DNA of 64,000 nt from Dictyostelium discoideum. Taxonomy: Eukaryota. The notes beneath the pieces were generated by a model. It searched no databases. It worked only from the letters and a program-made list of their open reading frames with translations, and had not been told where the DNA came from. Both the position numbers and the translations under genes were made by a program. The stretch is from the NCBI GenBank assembly GCA_000004695.1, contig CM000152.2, positions 576,001 to 640,000 on the forward strand, read 5' to 3'. Numbering within the stretch: the stretch's first letter is position 1; each line of letters opens with the position of its first letter. This document shows positions 40,694 through 60,359 of the stretch, in pieces.

Positions 40694-42179
40694 CTTCACC
40701 ATTTGTATTTATACTACTATTACTATTACTATCATTACTATTATTTAAATATTGTTCATTTTGTTTTTGTTGTAAATATTGAGTTGTTGGTTGTGAATGA
40801 TTTAATATAATTGGTACTCTAAATTCTTTTGCAATTAAAAGTATTTGTGGATCAGTCATACCACCACTAACATCATTGATGATATTACAACCTGCTAATA
40901 TTGCTTCCTTTGCAACTTGATGATGAAGTGTATCAATTGAAAGTGGAATATCATTACCCAATACTTCTCTAATCTTTTTAATGGTTGGCACAACACGATT
41001 GATCTCTTCTTCTATTGAAATTTGTTGAGCACCTGGATAAGTTGATTGACCACCAATATCGATGATATCAGCACCTTGTTCAATTAAGGCAGTAGCTTGT
41101 TGAATTGATTTCTCAAGAGTATTAAATTTACCACCATCAACAAAACTATCTGGAGTAACATTTAAAATACCCATTATAAATGTTTTATCATTCCAATTAT
41201 AATTTAAATTTCCAATTCTAATAACTTTTTCAATTATATTATTACATGTTGTTGTTGCAGTTGGTGGTGGTGGTATGTTATGAATGTTACCACCATTTGG
41301 TAAATTTAATTTCATTCTGTTTGTTGTTATATGTAATGTTGGATGAATGAAATTTGGAGCAATGTCAGAGAGTGGAAGTAATACGAAATCTCTTTCCCAC
41401 ATTAATGGATGTGGTATTTCTAAATCATCGGTTTTGATGATTAAACCATTATAATAGATGATATCGATATCGATTACACGTGGACCATTTCTAAATGTTT
41501 CAACTCTACCCATATCATTTTCAATTTGTTTAATGAATTTCAATAGATCGTGTGGTTTTAAATCTGTACTAACTTTACAAGCACAATTATAGAATGAATC
41601 TTGTTCTCTATAATATTGTGGTGAACTTTCATACATGAATGAAGTTGATTGTATAAAACATTGTTTTTCTAATCTTTTAAAACTATTTAAAATATTTTGA
41701 AATTTATCACCTAGATTTGAACCAAATGCTAAATAAACTATATTATTACCAGCATTACTATTATTACTATTCTTATTATTATTAATTAATTTTGAAGGTA
41801 TTTCAACAAATGAATTTGATTTAAAATAATCTAAAGTTCTTTCAATTTGAACACCTGGCCATTTAGCTAATTTAATTGCACCTGGTTTTTGTACCAAAAC
41901 TTTAACACGTTCAATACCAAATCCTAAACAACAAATTTTTGCCACACCAGTTGCTAATGCTTCTAATGTATAATGATGTGATGATTCTGAATAGGAACAA
42001 ATTGATTTCGATAAGGAACTATAAGAAACTGTATCAATTACATTATCTGATGATCCACATTTTGATAAATCTTTATATGCTGTAACTGAAATTATAATAT
42101 TTTGTTTAATTATTCTTTCACCTGGATTAACACCAATAACTGCTTGAATTAAAAGATCTTTTATTATAATTTTATCCAT
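40133..42179 (-). CDS. Trifunctional folate-biosynthesis protein: dihydroneopterin aldolase, 6-hydroxymethyl-dihydropterin pyrophosphokinase (HPPK) and dihydropteroate synthase (DHPS), FOL1/Fas-like
   Basis: Track ORFs 40524..42179 and 40133..40702 are the two parts, in different frames. The N-terminus MDKIIIKDLLIQAVIGVNPGER... is the aldolase. The HPPK segment is ...IVYLAFGSNLGD...PRVIDIDIIYYNGLIIKTDDLEIPHPLMWERDFVLLPLSDI. The DHPS segment is ...IMGILNVTPDSFVDGG...DIIDIGGQST...NDVSGG...VPIILNHSQ...//...ILDPGLGFYKT...GFPVLIGPSRKGFI...GANIIRIHDIPE. The two frames can be joined either by a 106-nt (AAT)n intron 40594..40699 with a GTGAAG donor and AATAG acceptor (exons 40700..42179 and 40133..40593), or by assuming a 1-nt indel. 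See findings. Confidence 0.75.
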
Positions 42180-42890
42180 TTTTTTTATTTTTTATTTTTT
42201 ATTTTTTATTTTTTATTTTTTTTTATTTTTTATTTTTTATTTTTCTTAGTTTTATTCAAAATTAAAAAAAAATCAATGGCAAATATCAAATATTTTTTAT
42301 TTATTTAATTATTTAATTATTTATTTGTTTAATTTTTTATTAGTTTAGTTATTTATTTGTTTTAATTTTTTATTTATTTATTTATTTTTGAAATTCTGTT
42401 AGTGTGGTGTGAGTTTGTGAATTCGAATTTAGTGTATTTTTTTTTTTTTTTAATTATTAAAAAGTTTTTTTTTTTTTATTTTATTTTTTATTTTTTTTAA
42501 TTTTTTTAATTTTTTTTGACTCATTGAAATTAAAAAAAAATCCATATATAGAACGATGGGGTTACACAATTTTGTGAAGGTCTTTTTTTTATAAAATAAT
42601 TGAAAAATCCCAATAAAAATAAAAATATATTTTCATATGAAAAATGTCTAAAAAAAAAAAAAGAATGGCAGAACATTCGTTTTGTTTTTTTTTTTTTTTT
42701 TATTTCTATTTATATATTATTTCAACAAATCTTTTTTTTTTTTATTTTTATTTTTATTTTTTTTTTTTTTTGGGAAGATATTTTTTTTTTTTTATATATA
42801 TTATTATTTTTATTATTATTATTATTATTGTTTATATTTTTTTATTTTACCATGAGTGAAATTATTGACCATAATAAAATTTTTTTTTTT

Positions 42891-45800
42891 TTAAAATTCA
42901 TCCTCTTCATCATGATCGACTGGTATATTATCTAAAAATGAGAGATCGGCAGTTGGAGAAGTTTTAGTTGGTGATACAGTATTAATAATTGGAGTTGGTT
43001 CTAAAACTAAATCATGATCAACTGGACTTGGATCAATGAGTGGTGGTGCAGTTATATTAATATCTTGTTGTTGTTGTTGTTGTTTTTGTGGAGAAGCAAT
43101 TGAATCATTCTTTCTAATTGGTGATGGTGATGAAAGTGGTGATGCAACTTTTTGAGTAGTATTTGTATTTGTAGTGGTTGTAGTAGTGGTGGTGGTTGAA
43201 GTAAAATCTAGATCATCTAAAAGTGATGCTGTATTATTATTATTTGTATTATTTGTATTATTATTTGTATTGGTTGTTGTTGTTGTTATATCAGAAATAC
43301 CAGAATGTAAACTAAAATGTTGTAATTGTGATAAAACTTTATCATAATCTTGTTGAGAAACAGATTCAATCTCTTCTAAAAGGTTTCTTTGTTTCTTTGA
43401 TAATGATTGTGCAGTAGCATTTTTTAAATAATCAAAAGATGATTTTGGTTGAGATCTTAATGATTCGAAATATTTCTCTGCTTTAATTGATAAATCATAT
43501 TGTGGGAATAAATTTGGGAAATCGATTGGATTTGAAAGTGCATCGGATGCTTTTGAGCTTGTACTCTTTAAACTCTCTTTCCATTTCTCAACCATATCAG
43601 GTACCATCGATGGTAAATAGGTACGTGCCATAAAGGCTGCCTCTGAGTAATCACCACTTGCACATAATGTATTCAAACAATTCAATAATGAATTTGGTAA
43701 TAAAAGATTACAAATAAAACTAATATTAGTTTGACCTTTTTCTTCTGACAATTTTGCCAACATTTTCATACCCTCAATATCACCTGTAGAAGTATATAAT
43801 AACAATAATCCTGGTAAATCTTCTGCTTTCTTTAAACAATTTTCTGCTAATTTAATCTATTTTTTTAAAAAAAAAAAAAAATACAAATAAAATTAATATT
43901 ATTATTTATAAAAAAACACCATATTATATATATATATATGTATTTTTATATATATATTTACTTCACCAATTGATAAAGCTAAGTCACCTAAATGTTTAAA
44001 TTTAGTTTCAGAATCAGATTTTAAGGCGATTTCATGAGCAACATCAAGATTTTCTAATTGAATTGCTAATTCGAATCTATGATCAAGATCAGTTGAAACC
44101 TCTAATGCTTTCTCTTTATAACCTTGAGATTCCAAAAAGTGTGCAATACTATTTCTTTGATCTTGTGGTATCTTTGGTAAAATTCTTTCTGCACCTTCTA
44201 AATCACCTCTTAAAATTGATGTTTGATAGCTAATAACTGAAATATGTAATTTATATGAAACAATATTTAAATTCTATTTTAAATGATAAGAAGAAAGAAA
44301 AAAAAAAAAGTATTAGTGATGGTATTTTTTTTTTTTTTTTTCAATAAATTTCCATTCTTTTTTTTTTTTTTTTTAAACTTTACCTTATCAGATAAATATA
44401 AACGACCACTTTGTGGTAAATATTTAAGTAAATACATATGTTTCTCTAAATGTGAAATTGTAACAACTTCAGTACCAACACAATAGTTTAATTTACTACT
44501 TCTATTTATATAGATGAAACAATCACCAACCCAAAGACCAGTACCAATGGTATCTTCAATTTCATGTACAACATCAAAAGCATTCTCAATACCTAATTCA
44601 CCAATTGGTTGACCACTTTCAATATATTTTTGAACTGTATCTTTATAATATCTAAGAATGAATGTTGATTTATCTGTGACAATTGCTAAATAATCACCAT
44701 TTTCTGACCAAAAGATCTTTAATCATTAAAATTAAAATTAATGTTAGTAATAATAATAAAAAATAAATAAATAAATATAATAAATAATACAAACATTTTT
44801 TGGTGAAGTTTTTTCAATTCTACGAATAATATCAGCAGAATCCCAACTATAGAAACAAAGTGTATCATTTGATTTTACACCAAGTAAAGAACCACCAAAG
44901 ATACCTTCAGCAGAGAAAGATGGTTTAAAACTATGAGTTTCTTTAAAGTTTTTAAAGATTTTAATACGAGATGTAGATTCACGTACAGCGTATTGACCTG
45001 AATCTTCTGCCCAAACAAATTCCAATGCATTACCAAATGATTTATTTCTCCAAGCTAGCGCGGTGTAAATGATGAATTCACCATCACCACAGACACTAAC
45101 GAATCTACCATTGGAGTTGTGTTGTAAACTTTGAGGGAACACTTCGCAATTGCCAAGATCTTTGGATTGGAGTGACAACTTTTCACCATCTTGTACCTCT
45201 TGCTCCAATGTGGAGGAGATGTTTGAGATTCTAATCTCATTGTGTTTTGCGTAGATTACCTTACCACCTTGGTCCATTGAAACGGGTGGTTTGTTCTTAC
45301 CAATCTTCAACACCACTGTACCGTCATCGTAGCCCAACCCAATGAAGTTGGAGCCACGTAAAAAGTTCATTGACCAAACGAAACCCATGCCATAGTTGAG
45401 TGTCCTCTCCAAACGGTAGGTGCTGGAGTGCCAGAGCTTCACGGTGCCATCTTCACTGCCGCTGAGGATCAAGGGGAGCTCGGGGTGGTAGCACACCACC
45501 GAGACGTTGTTTGAGTGGCCCTCCAATGTCTGGACGCAAGTCTTTGATTGGTAATCCCAAATTTTCACTAGCTTATCGTCGGCACCGCTTATCAAGTATG
45601 GCTTTTCACCGCCAGAGAAATACTCGACACTGTTGATACCCTTTTCGTGTCCCTCCAATGTAAAGTGAGGATGTGGTGAGTTTATACTCCACACTTTCAC
45701 AGTTTTATCCAATGATGCGGTTGCAAATTGATTGGTATCCTTTGGATTCCATGCAATCGACATGACGTAATGTGAATGTCCTTCAAAGACTTGAGTGTTA

Positions 45801-46611
45801 CTCCATCCCTTTTCATAATCCCATAACTTTATAAACATATCATCCGATGATGATAATATATATGGTAATGTTGGATGAACTATAATACATCTAATATAAT
45901 CGGCATGTGCTTCAAATGATTTTATCTTTTCCATTGTATTATAATTATAAACTCTAATATATGTATCATCACTACCTGTAACTATCCATTGTTTCTTTGC
46001 AATGAATCTTGCTGTTCTAACTGGATTATTTGGTGAAACTTCAAATGATTTTACCATATTCTTTAATATTTTACATAATCAATCATCATCATCATCATCA
46101 TCATCATCATTTTTTTCAAAAAAAAAAAAAAAAAAAAAAAAAAAGAGTTTTGTGTGACATTATTATGATAATATTAGTATAAATAATTTATTTAAAACAT
46201 TATTGTTATTGTTATTATTGATTATACTATATGTAAATACATACTTGAGTTTCATAATTCCAAATATAAACATTACCATCATATAAACTTGCTAAAATCC
46301 ATGGTTCTGTTGGGTGAATATCAACAGATTTAACTCTATCTGATCTTGTTGATAATTTTTTCTATATATTAATTATTATTATTATTGTTATTGTTTTTTT
46401 ATAATTGTTATTTTATAGTTTAGAATTATTTTTATATTGATAAGAGAATATTAAATACAGTAAAAAATTAAAAAAAGAGTTAGGAGTGTGAGTTAAATTT
46501 TTATTTTTTATATTTTTTATTATTTTTTTTTTTTCAATTATTAATATCTTAAAGAATATAATAATAAAAATAATAATTAAATAATACCTTAATATCTAAA
46601 CGTAAAGGCAT
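42891..46611 (-). CDS. Coatomer subunit beta-prime (COPI beta'-COP)
   Basis: Six exons: 46588..46611 (MPLRLDIK), 46245..46361, 44795..46060, 44384..44716, 43962..44273 and 42891..43856. The protein is co-linear with human COPB2 throughout: MPLRLDIK|[39 protein letters not shown]|NMVKSFEV...(WD40)...[12 protein letters not shown]|[13 protein letters not shown]...LYLSDK|[73 protein letters not shown]...LSIGE|[30 protein letters not shown].... Donors are GTATTA, GTATGT, the non-canonical GTTTGT, GTAAAG and GTAAAT. Confidence 0.9.
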
Positions 46612-46908
46612 TTTTTTATTTTTTTATATATTTTAAATATATATTGATAAAAAATATATATTAATAATTGAAAAAAAAAAAAAAAAATGATTTTTTTATA
46701 AAAAAAAAAAAAAAAATAAAAAATAAAAAAAAAAAAAATTTTGAAAATTTAAAAAAATGATGTTGAAGTTTCATTTTTGGCCACGTATAAAAAAAAAAAT
46801 AAACAAATTACACCTTAATTTTTATTTTTTAATAAAAAAATTGGTTATGTCTTTTGTGTAAAATAAATAAATATATACATACTAGGTGTTCAATGCATTG
46901 TTGTTAAA

Positions 46909-46949
<41 letters not shown>

Positions 46950-47185
46950 ACTCAATATTGAGGGAAAAAAAAAAAGAAATTAAAAAAATAAAAAGTAAAA
47001 ATAACAAAAAAAAAAAATTATTTTTTAGATATATTTATATATACAGATTTTTTTATTTAATTAATAATTTACAAATGTGTTTTTTTTTTTTTTTTTTTTT
47101 TTTTTTTTCTTTGGAAATCTTGGCAATGACTTTTTAACTTTTTGGGTTGGCACTTGTTTTAAAAATTGTTTTTTTGGTTTTTTTT

Positions 47186-47368
47186 TTATTTGGAAATCTT
47201 TGTGGAAGTCTTGGTGGAATATTTGCCCTTGGAGAGGATTCTTTTGGATTTTGAAAACATTGGTAATGACTTTTTAACTTTTTGGGTTAGTACTTGTTTT
47301 AAATCAAACATTTGAACTCTAGTTCTTTTTGATAATTGGATTGCTCTTCTTGTTACAATTTTAACCAT
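47186..47368 (-). CDS. Small basic ORF (60 aa), paralog 1 of a divergent pair; function unknown
   Basis: MVKIVTRRAIQLSKRTRVQMFDLKQVLTQKVKKSLPMFSKSKRILSKGKYSTKTSTKISK with an A-rich start context. The 3' half overlaps a 45-bp tandem duplication (..cattaccaatg/cattgccaag..actttttaactttttgggtt..). Confidence 0.3.
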   Translation of the reverse strand: MVKIVTRRAIQLSKRTRVQMFDLKQVLTQKVKKSLPMFSKSKRILSKGKYSTKTSTKISK

Positions 47369-47865
47369 TTTTTTTTTATTTTTTAAAACCTTTTTATTTA
47401 TTTATTTTGATTTATTTGCTTTTATTTAATTATTTTTTGATTTGTTTAAAAAATTACAAAATTTTGGTTGGTATTTATTTTAGAAAAAAAATAAATGAAA
47501 AAAAAAAAATTATAAAAAAAAAAATAAAAAAAATTATTTGTGGATTGACTTTTACAAGAAATCTTTTTTTTTTTGTTAAAAAATTTTTTTATTTTTTGCT
47601 TAAATTAAAAAAAAAAAAACAAGAGAAAAAAAAAAGATAAGAATGATCAAGAGTTCTTTTTTTTATTTTAAGCAAAAAATATTATTTTCTTGTAAAAATA
47701 AAAATAAAAATAAAAATAAAATTTTGTCATCCTCAATTTAAACCTTTTTTTTTTTTTTTTATTTTTTTTATTTTTTTTTTTTAAGATTTTTATGAATAAA
47801 TTTATAAATTAGTTTTTAATAAAGAAATACATTAAAGAAAAAAAAATAATAATAAAGAAAATAAA

Positions 47866-48015
47866 ATGGTTAAAATAACAACTAGAAGATCAATCAAATT
47901 ATCAAAAAGAAATAGAGTTCAATTATTTGATTTAAAGCAAATTCTTGTACAAAGAGTCAAAAAATCTCCTCAATTATCCATAAAAAAAAAAATTACAAAA
48001 ATCAAACATAAATAA
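47866..48015 (+). CDS. Small basic ORF (49 aa), paralog 2, transcribed divergently from 47186..47368
   Basis: MVKITTRRSIKLSKRNRVQLFDLKQILVQRVKKSPQLSIKKKITKIKHK*. The first 34 codons are about 75% identical in protein (about 80% in nucleotides) to the minus-strand copy. It is below the 60-aa cut-off of the ORF track. Confidence 0.3.
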   Translation: MVKITTRRSIKLSKRNRVQLFDLKQILVQRVKKSPQLSIKKKITKIKHK

Positions 48016-48576
48016 AAGTACCTGAAAGTTGTGAAAATAAAAAAAAAAAAAATTGGCTGTTTATGAAACTACTCAAAATGGACCAAAAGGAGTATTGATC
48101 AACAAAAAAAAAAACTTTATGATAGATAACCTTGCGGGTAGTTTAACGTCACCCCCACCACTGCATCGAAAACTAATAAATTTTTAATTAATTATATTCA
48201 AATTTTATTCTACAAATCCAAATTTTTTTTTCTTTTTTTTTTTTTCTTTTTTTTATTTTTTTTTATTTAAACAATTTTTTTTATTTTTAAAGAATATTTT
48301 TTTTTTTTTTTTTTATTGTTTGCACTTTTTCAGATTTTTTTTACTTTTTTTTTATTTTTTGTATGCTTTTTATAGATTTTTTTTTTTAGATATTTTTATT
48401 TAATTTTTGAATGATTTTTTTACTTTTTTTTTACTTTTTTTTTTATTTTTTTTTTTTAAAAAAAAAAAAGGTTACCTTTAATGTCCACCATACACCTCAA
48501 AATAAGTAAAATAAATTTTTAATGCCTAAAAAAAGCCACCACAACCCATAATAAATAAAAATATAATTTTTTATTA

Positions 48577-48578
<2 letters not shown>

Positions 48579-48627
<49 letters not shown>
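48579..48627. repeat. A49 homopolymer
   Basis: Counted directly. Confidence 0.95.
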
Positions 48628-48629
<2 letters not shown>

Positions 48630-49079
48630 TATTTAAAAAGAATTTGATTACTTTTTTTTTTATTATTCTCCAAAAACAGATTTTTTTAATTTTTTTTTTT
48701 TTTGAGATTTTCACTCCGATTTCAAAGCATTATTTGAATTGAACTGTTAGGGTGATGAATTTTTCCCAGCACACACAGAAAAATTATTTTCTAATGGAAT
48801 AGTATTACGGCAAGCCGACAGACACTATATTGTTCCACAATGATTAATCAAAAAATCGAAAAAATTTTATTTTTAAATTAACATAATTTTTTTTTTTTTT
48901 CTTTTTTTTTTATTTTCTTTTTTTTTTTTTTTTTAATGTATAATATTATTTTAATTTTTTAAAATTTTTTTTTTTTTTTTTGGAAATTTGTTCTATAAAT
49001 AATTTGTATTTTTATTTGTCATTATAAAAATTAAGAGTTTTACTTTACTCTTAAATAAATAAATTTGGTTAATTCTCTA

Positions 49080-49081
<2 letters not shown>

Positions 49082-49126
<45 letters not shown>
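49082..49126. repeat. T45 homopolymer upstream of the frizzled-like gene
   Basis: Counted directly. Confidence 0.95.
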
Positions 49127-49127
<1 letters not shown>

Positions 49128-49260
49128 TTTAATATAAAAGATAAATAATAATAATAATAAAAAATAATTTAAAATTAATTTTTATAAAATATAAAATAGT
49201 AATTAATAATAAAAAAAAAAAAAAAAAAAAGTAAAATAGTTTTAAAAAAAAAAAAAAAAA

Positions 49261-51925
<2,665 letters not shown>

Positions 51926-51961
51926 TTTTAAAATTTTTTATTTTATTTTTTATTATTCGAT

Positions 51962-52103
51962 TAATAAATAAATCGATACAACATCAAATCGAAATTCAAA
52001 TCTAATTCAAATCTAATTCAAATCTAAATCCGATTCAATTTATTATTAAATTAAAAAATTAAAATAAAATTTAAAATAAAAGAATAGAAAAAAAAACATA
52101 TGG
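51962..52103 (-). repeat. Copy B of the dispersed element of about 140 bp with an internal (AGATTTGAATT)3 tandem array, inverted relative to copy A
   Basis: The reverse complement aligns to 7779..7918: ..catatgg..ttttaatttaataataaattgaatcggatttagatttgaattagatttgaattagatttgaatttcgatttg.. Both copies sit 25-85 nt downstream of the stop codon of a + strand gene. Confidence 0.8.
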
Positions 52104-52600
52104 TTTTTTTTTCTTTTTTTTTTTTTGTTAGAAAGTAAATTTTGGTTTTTTTTTTTTGTTTTTTTTTATTTATTTACAAGTTTTTGTTATTAATTTATTT
52201 ATTTTATTTTTATTTTTATTTTATTTTTATTTTTAAAATTTAATATTATAATGACTTCATATTTATTATAATATTTATCTTTTTTATAAAAATTAATAAC
52301 GGTTTTTTTATTTATTTTATTTCCATTAATCAAAAACAATAATCGATTAGTAAAATTTTGAGGTTGAAAATTTAGCCAATTTTTTTTTTTTTTTTTAAAC
52401 AAAAAAATGAATTTTAAATCCTCTTTTTGTGAAGGGTTACAATACCAAAATTAAAAATAATTTTAATTTTATTTTTAATTTTTTTTTTTTAACGACAAAA
52501 AAAATTTTTTTTTTTTTTTTTTAAATTAAAAAAAAAAAAAAAATAAAAATTTGCTAAGTTAATTTATTTTTTAAATTGTAAATAAAACTAAAATAATAAA

Positions 52601-56830
<4,230 letters not shown>

Positions 56831-56970
56831 GAAAAAAAAAAAAAAAAAATAAAAATTATTATTATTATATGTATAAAGAAAAAATAATTTATTTGTTTTG
56901 TTTTGTTTTGTTTTTTTTTTTTAAAAAATTTATTTATTTATATATCTAGATAATTAACTTTTTTTTTGAA

Positions 56971-59900
56971 TTAATTTTTAAGGAAATAAATTTCAGCATC
57001 ATTATCTTTAACAATTGAGACAATTTCAGTTGCAAATGAATTTGATGGTGAAGTAGTTTCAGAGAATTGAAGATTGAATAAAATGGTTTCTTTAATGTAA
57101 TCGTTATTATTTTCAATGGCAGTTTTTAATTCAGCTTCTTTAGTATGATAAAACATTGATACTGGATCATCAAAGGTGAGACCACTCTTCTTTCTAAGTC
57201 TTTGAACACGATTGATTAATTCACGAGCCAAACCTTTTTCATAGAGTGCACTATCGACAGTAAGATCTAAAACTGTTAAGATTTCTTCATTACCTGAAGG
57301 TTCAGAGTTTGTAGTTTCACCATTATATTTACGGATGATTTTAAGATCTTCAGAGGTGAGTTCATGACCAAGAATATCGATGGTTTGAGTTTTTTGGAAT
57401 TCACGAAGTTGTTCATTGGTGAGTTTAGAGATTAATGGTGAGATCTTCTTAAAGTCATTCTTTAAACGGGCACCTAAACGTTTGTTATCGGCTTCAGCAG
57501 TGACAACAACGAATGAACCTTCATCACTTGTGAGAACGATATTTTGGATATTTAATTCCTCGAGGATATAAGATTTGAGTGATTCTAAATCGGCGAGATA
57601 TTGTTGATTCTCAGTGATGACCATAAATTCTTTGAGTGGGAATTTAATTGGTTTGGTACGACGATCTCTAGCGGCACGACCCAATTCGATGACAACTTGC
57701 ATACGTGAAATGGCTTCTTCAATTCTAGTGTTGAAAGCTTCTTGAATTGGTTCAGGGAACATAACATAGTGAACTGAATCCATTTGTTTCTCCTTTGGTA
57801 ATGCTTTCTTAAGATTTTGGTACATGTACTCTGTAAAGAATGGAGTGAATGGACCCATAGCAATACAAATGGTCATTAAAACCTCATAGAGGATATTGAG
57901 AGCGGCAAGACAATCGGCATCACCATTTGAACCCTTTAAACGCTTACGATTTAAACGAACGAACCAATTGGTAAGATCTTCAATGAAACGAACCAATTTT
58001 GGTACGACAGTGTATAAACGATAGGCGGCCATTTCTGCACGTACAAATGCAATGAGTGATTGGCAAGAGGCAAGAATCCATTTGTCCATAACATTTTCAG
58101 AGGCAAGAGCAACCTTAATATCTGGTTGGAAAGTGGTGTTGGTAGCTTTTTCAAAACGAAGACAATTTTGAACAAAGAAACGATAGGCGTTAAACCATGG
58201 TAAGAAAACATCTTTGATCATATCTTGAACACCTTTCTCTTGGAATTTCAAAGTTTCAGCTCTAACAACTGGTGAATTGATAAGGTAGAGACGAAGAGAA
58301 TCAGCACCAACCTTTGATACGACTTCCATTGGATCTGGATAATTCTTTAATCTCTTTGACATTTTCTTACCATCAGCAGCTAAAACCAAACCATTAACAA
58401 TGAGATTTTGGAAAGGTGGTTTATCAAAGAGAGCAGTTGATAAAACCAATAGTGTATAGAACCAACCTCTAGTTTGATCAAGACCTTCGGCGATAAAGTG
58501 AGCTGGGAAGATCTTTTCAAATTTATCCTTATTTTCAAATGGATAATGTTGTTGAGCGTATGGCATAGAACCAGATTCAAACCAACAATCGAAAACATCT
58601 TCAATACGACGGAGTGTACCTTTACCTTTTTGTGATGGAATTGTAATATGATCGATTGATTCACGATGAAGATCAGTTACACGAACACCAGAGAGACGTT
58701 CTAATTCGTCGATACTGCCAATGACAACAACTTCTTCACCATCTTCACTAATCCATAATGGGATTGGGGTACCCCAATAACGATTTCTACTGACAGCCCA
58801 ATCTGTTGCATTCTTTAACCAATTTGCAAATCTTTTCTCTTTGACAAAATCTGGTACCCAATAGGTTTTATCATTGTTTGCTAATAATTTATCACGAATT
58901 GATTCGACTCTAACGAACCAACTACCGACTGCTTTGTAGATCAATGGTGTATCTGAACGCCAACAATATGGATAACTATGGACAAGATTTGCACTATTTA
59001 CCATACGACCTTTATTTTTGAGATAAATGCTAATTTGTTTGGTGGTTTCAGCGTCTTTTACCATCATACCAGCGAAATCGGTTACATCACTTGTGAAACA
59101 ACCATTGGCATCGACAGAGTTAAGAATTGGACGTTTGAATTGATCTCTAGAGATGACACCATTGGCAATACAAACATTGAAATCGTCCTCACCATAGGCT
59201 GGTGCAGTATGAACGATACCGGTACCAGAATCATCGGTAACGAAATCACCACCAATAACAACGAAACCACCCATATTGGCATCACTTGCAAAGTATGGGA
59301 ACATTGGTACATACTTTTTACCAATTAAATCTGTGCCTTTCATTGTTTCTAAAACTGTATATTCCTTATCTGATTTGTAGAGGATTGAAGTACGATTTTT
59401 ACCAAGGATAAAGATTTGATTACGTTTGATATCATTGATCTTTATGTATTCCATCTTTGGATTCACAGTCAATGCTAAATTGGATGGAAGGGTCCATGGG
59501 GTGGTGGTCCATGCCAAGATTGAAACTTTCTCATCATCAAGAGTTTGGAATGAAACAACACATGCTGGATCACTTACATCCTTGTAGTTTGATGATGCTT
59601 CAAAGTTTGATAATGGTGTTGTGCAGCCAATTGAGTATGGCATAACTTTGAAACCTTGGTACACCAAATCCTTCTTAAAGAGTTCTTGGAAAACCCACCA
59701 AACACTCTCCATAAATGGTGTGTCCATAGTTTTGTAATTGTTTTTCATATCGATCCAACGACCCATACGATTGACTACGATCTCCCACTCATGTGAATAT
59801 TTCATAACGATTGAACGACAATGTTGATTATATGTTGGAATACCCATCTTTAATACATCCTCCTTGGTTCTAACGCCATGAAGTTTATCAATTTCAAACT

Positions 59901-60359
59901 CAATTGGTAAACCATGACAATCCCATCCAAAACGTCTTTCAACATGATGTCCAGTTTGATGAGCATAACGTGTGATTGTATCTTTAATTGTACCTGCTAA
60001 AATATGTCCATAATGTGGTAAACCTGTTGCAAATGGTGGTCCATCATAAAATGAATACTCTGGTTTACCTTCACTCATTTTTACTGAGGTTTCAAATGCT
60101 TTAATATCATCCCAATATTTTAAAATTTTTGATTCTTCTCCTGCAAAATCAATTTTTTGTGGAACTAAAATTTATTTAAAAAAAAAAAATTATTAATATG
60201 AATTTCTATTTTTATATTTTTTTTTTTTATTATTTTTTTTTTTTTTAATTTTTTTTTTTTTTTTTTTTTTAATAAGGGGGTATTTAAATTCAGATTTTAG
60301 AAAAAAAAAAAAAAAAGAAAAAAATCTTTTAGGATATTTTTTTTCTTACCTTCTTCCAT
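56971..60359 (-). CDS. ileS: Isoleucyl-tRNA synthetase, cytoplasmic (class I aaRS)
   Basis: Exons 60350..60359 (ATGGAAGAAG, donor GTAAGA, phase 1) and 56971..60164 (acceptor TTTTAG). The N-terminus MEE|[89 protein letters not shown] is co-linear with human IARS1 (..[51 protein letters not shown]). The HIGH-type motif and the KMSKR motif (GKKMSKRLKNYPDP) are present, followed by the anticodon-binding domain. Confidence 0.9.

Noticed and set aside
40589-40810. Poly-Tyr / poly-Ile / poly-Leu ORFs over (AAT)n or (ATT)n tracts, for example 40589..40810, 51684..51908, 52995..53240, 22151..22336 and 22626..22811
   Set aside because: They are alternative-frame or antisense readings of trinucleotide microsatellites whose sense frame encodes poly-Asn inside real genes or introns.
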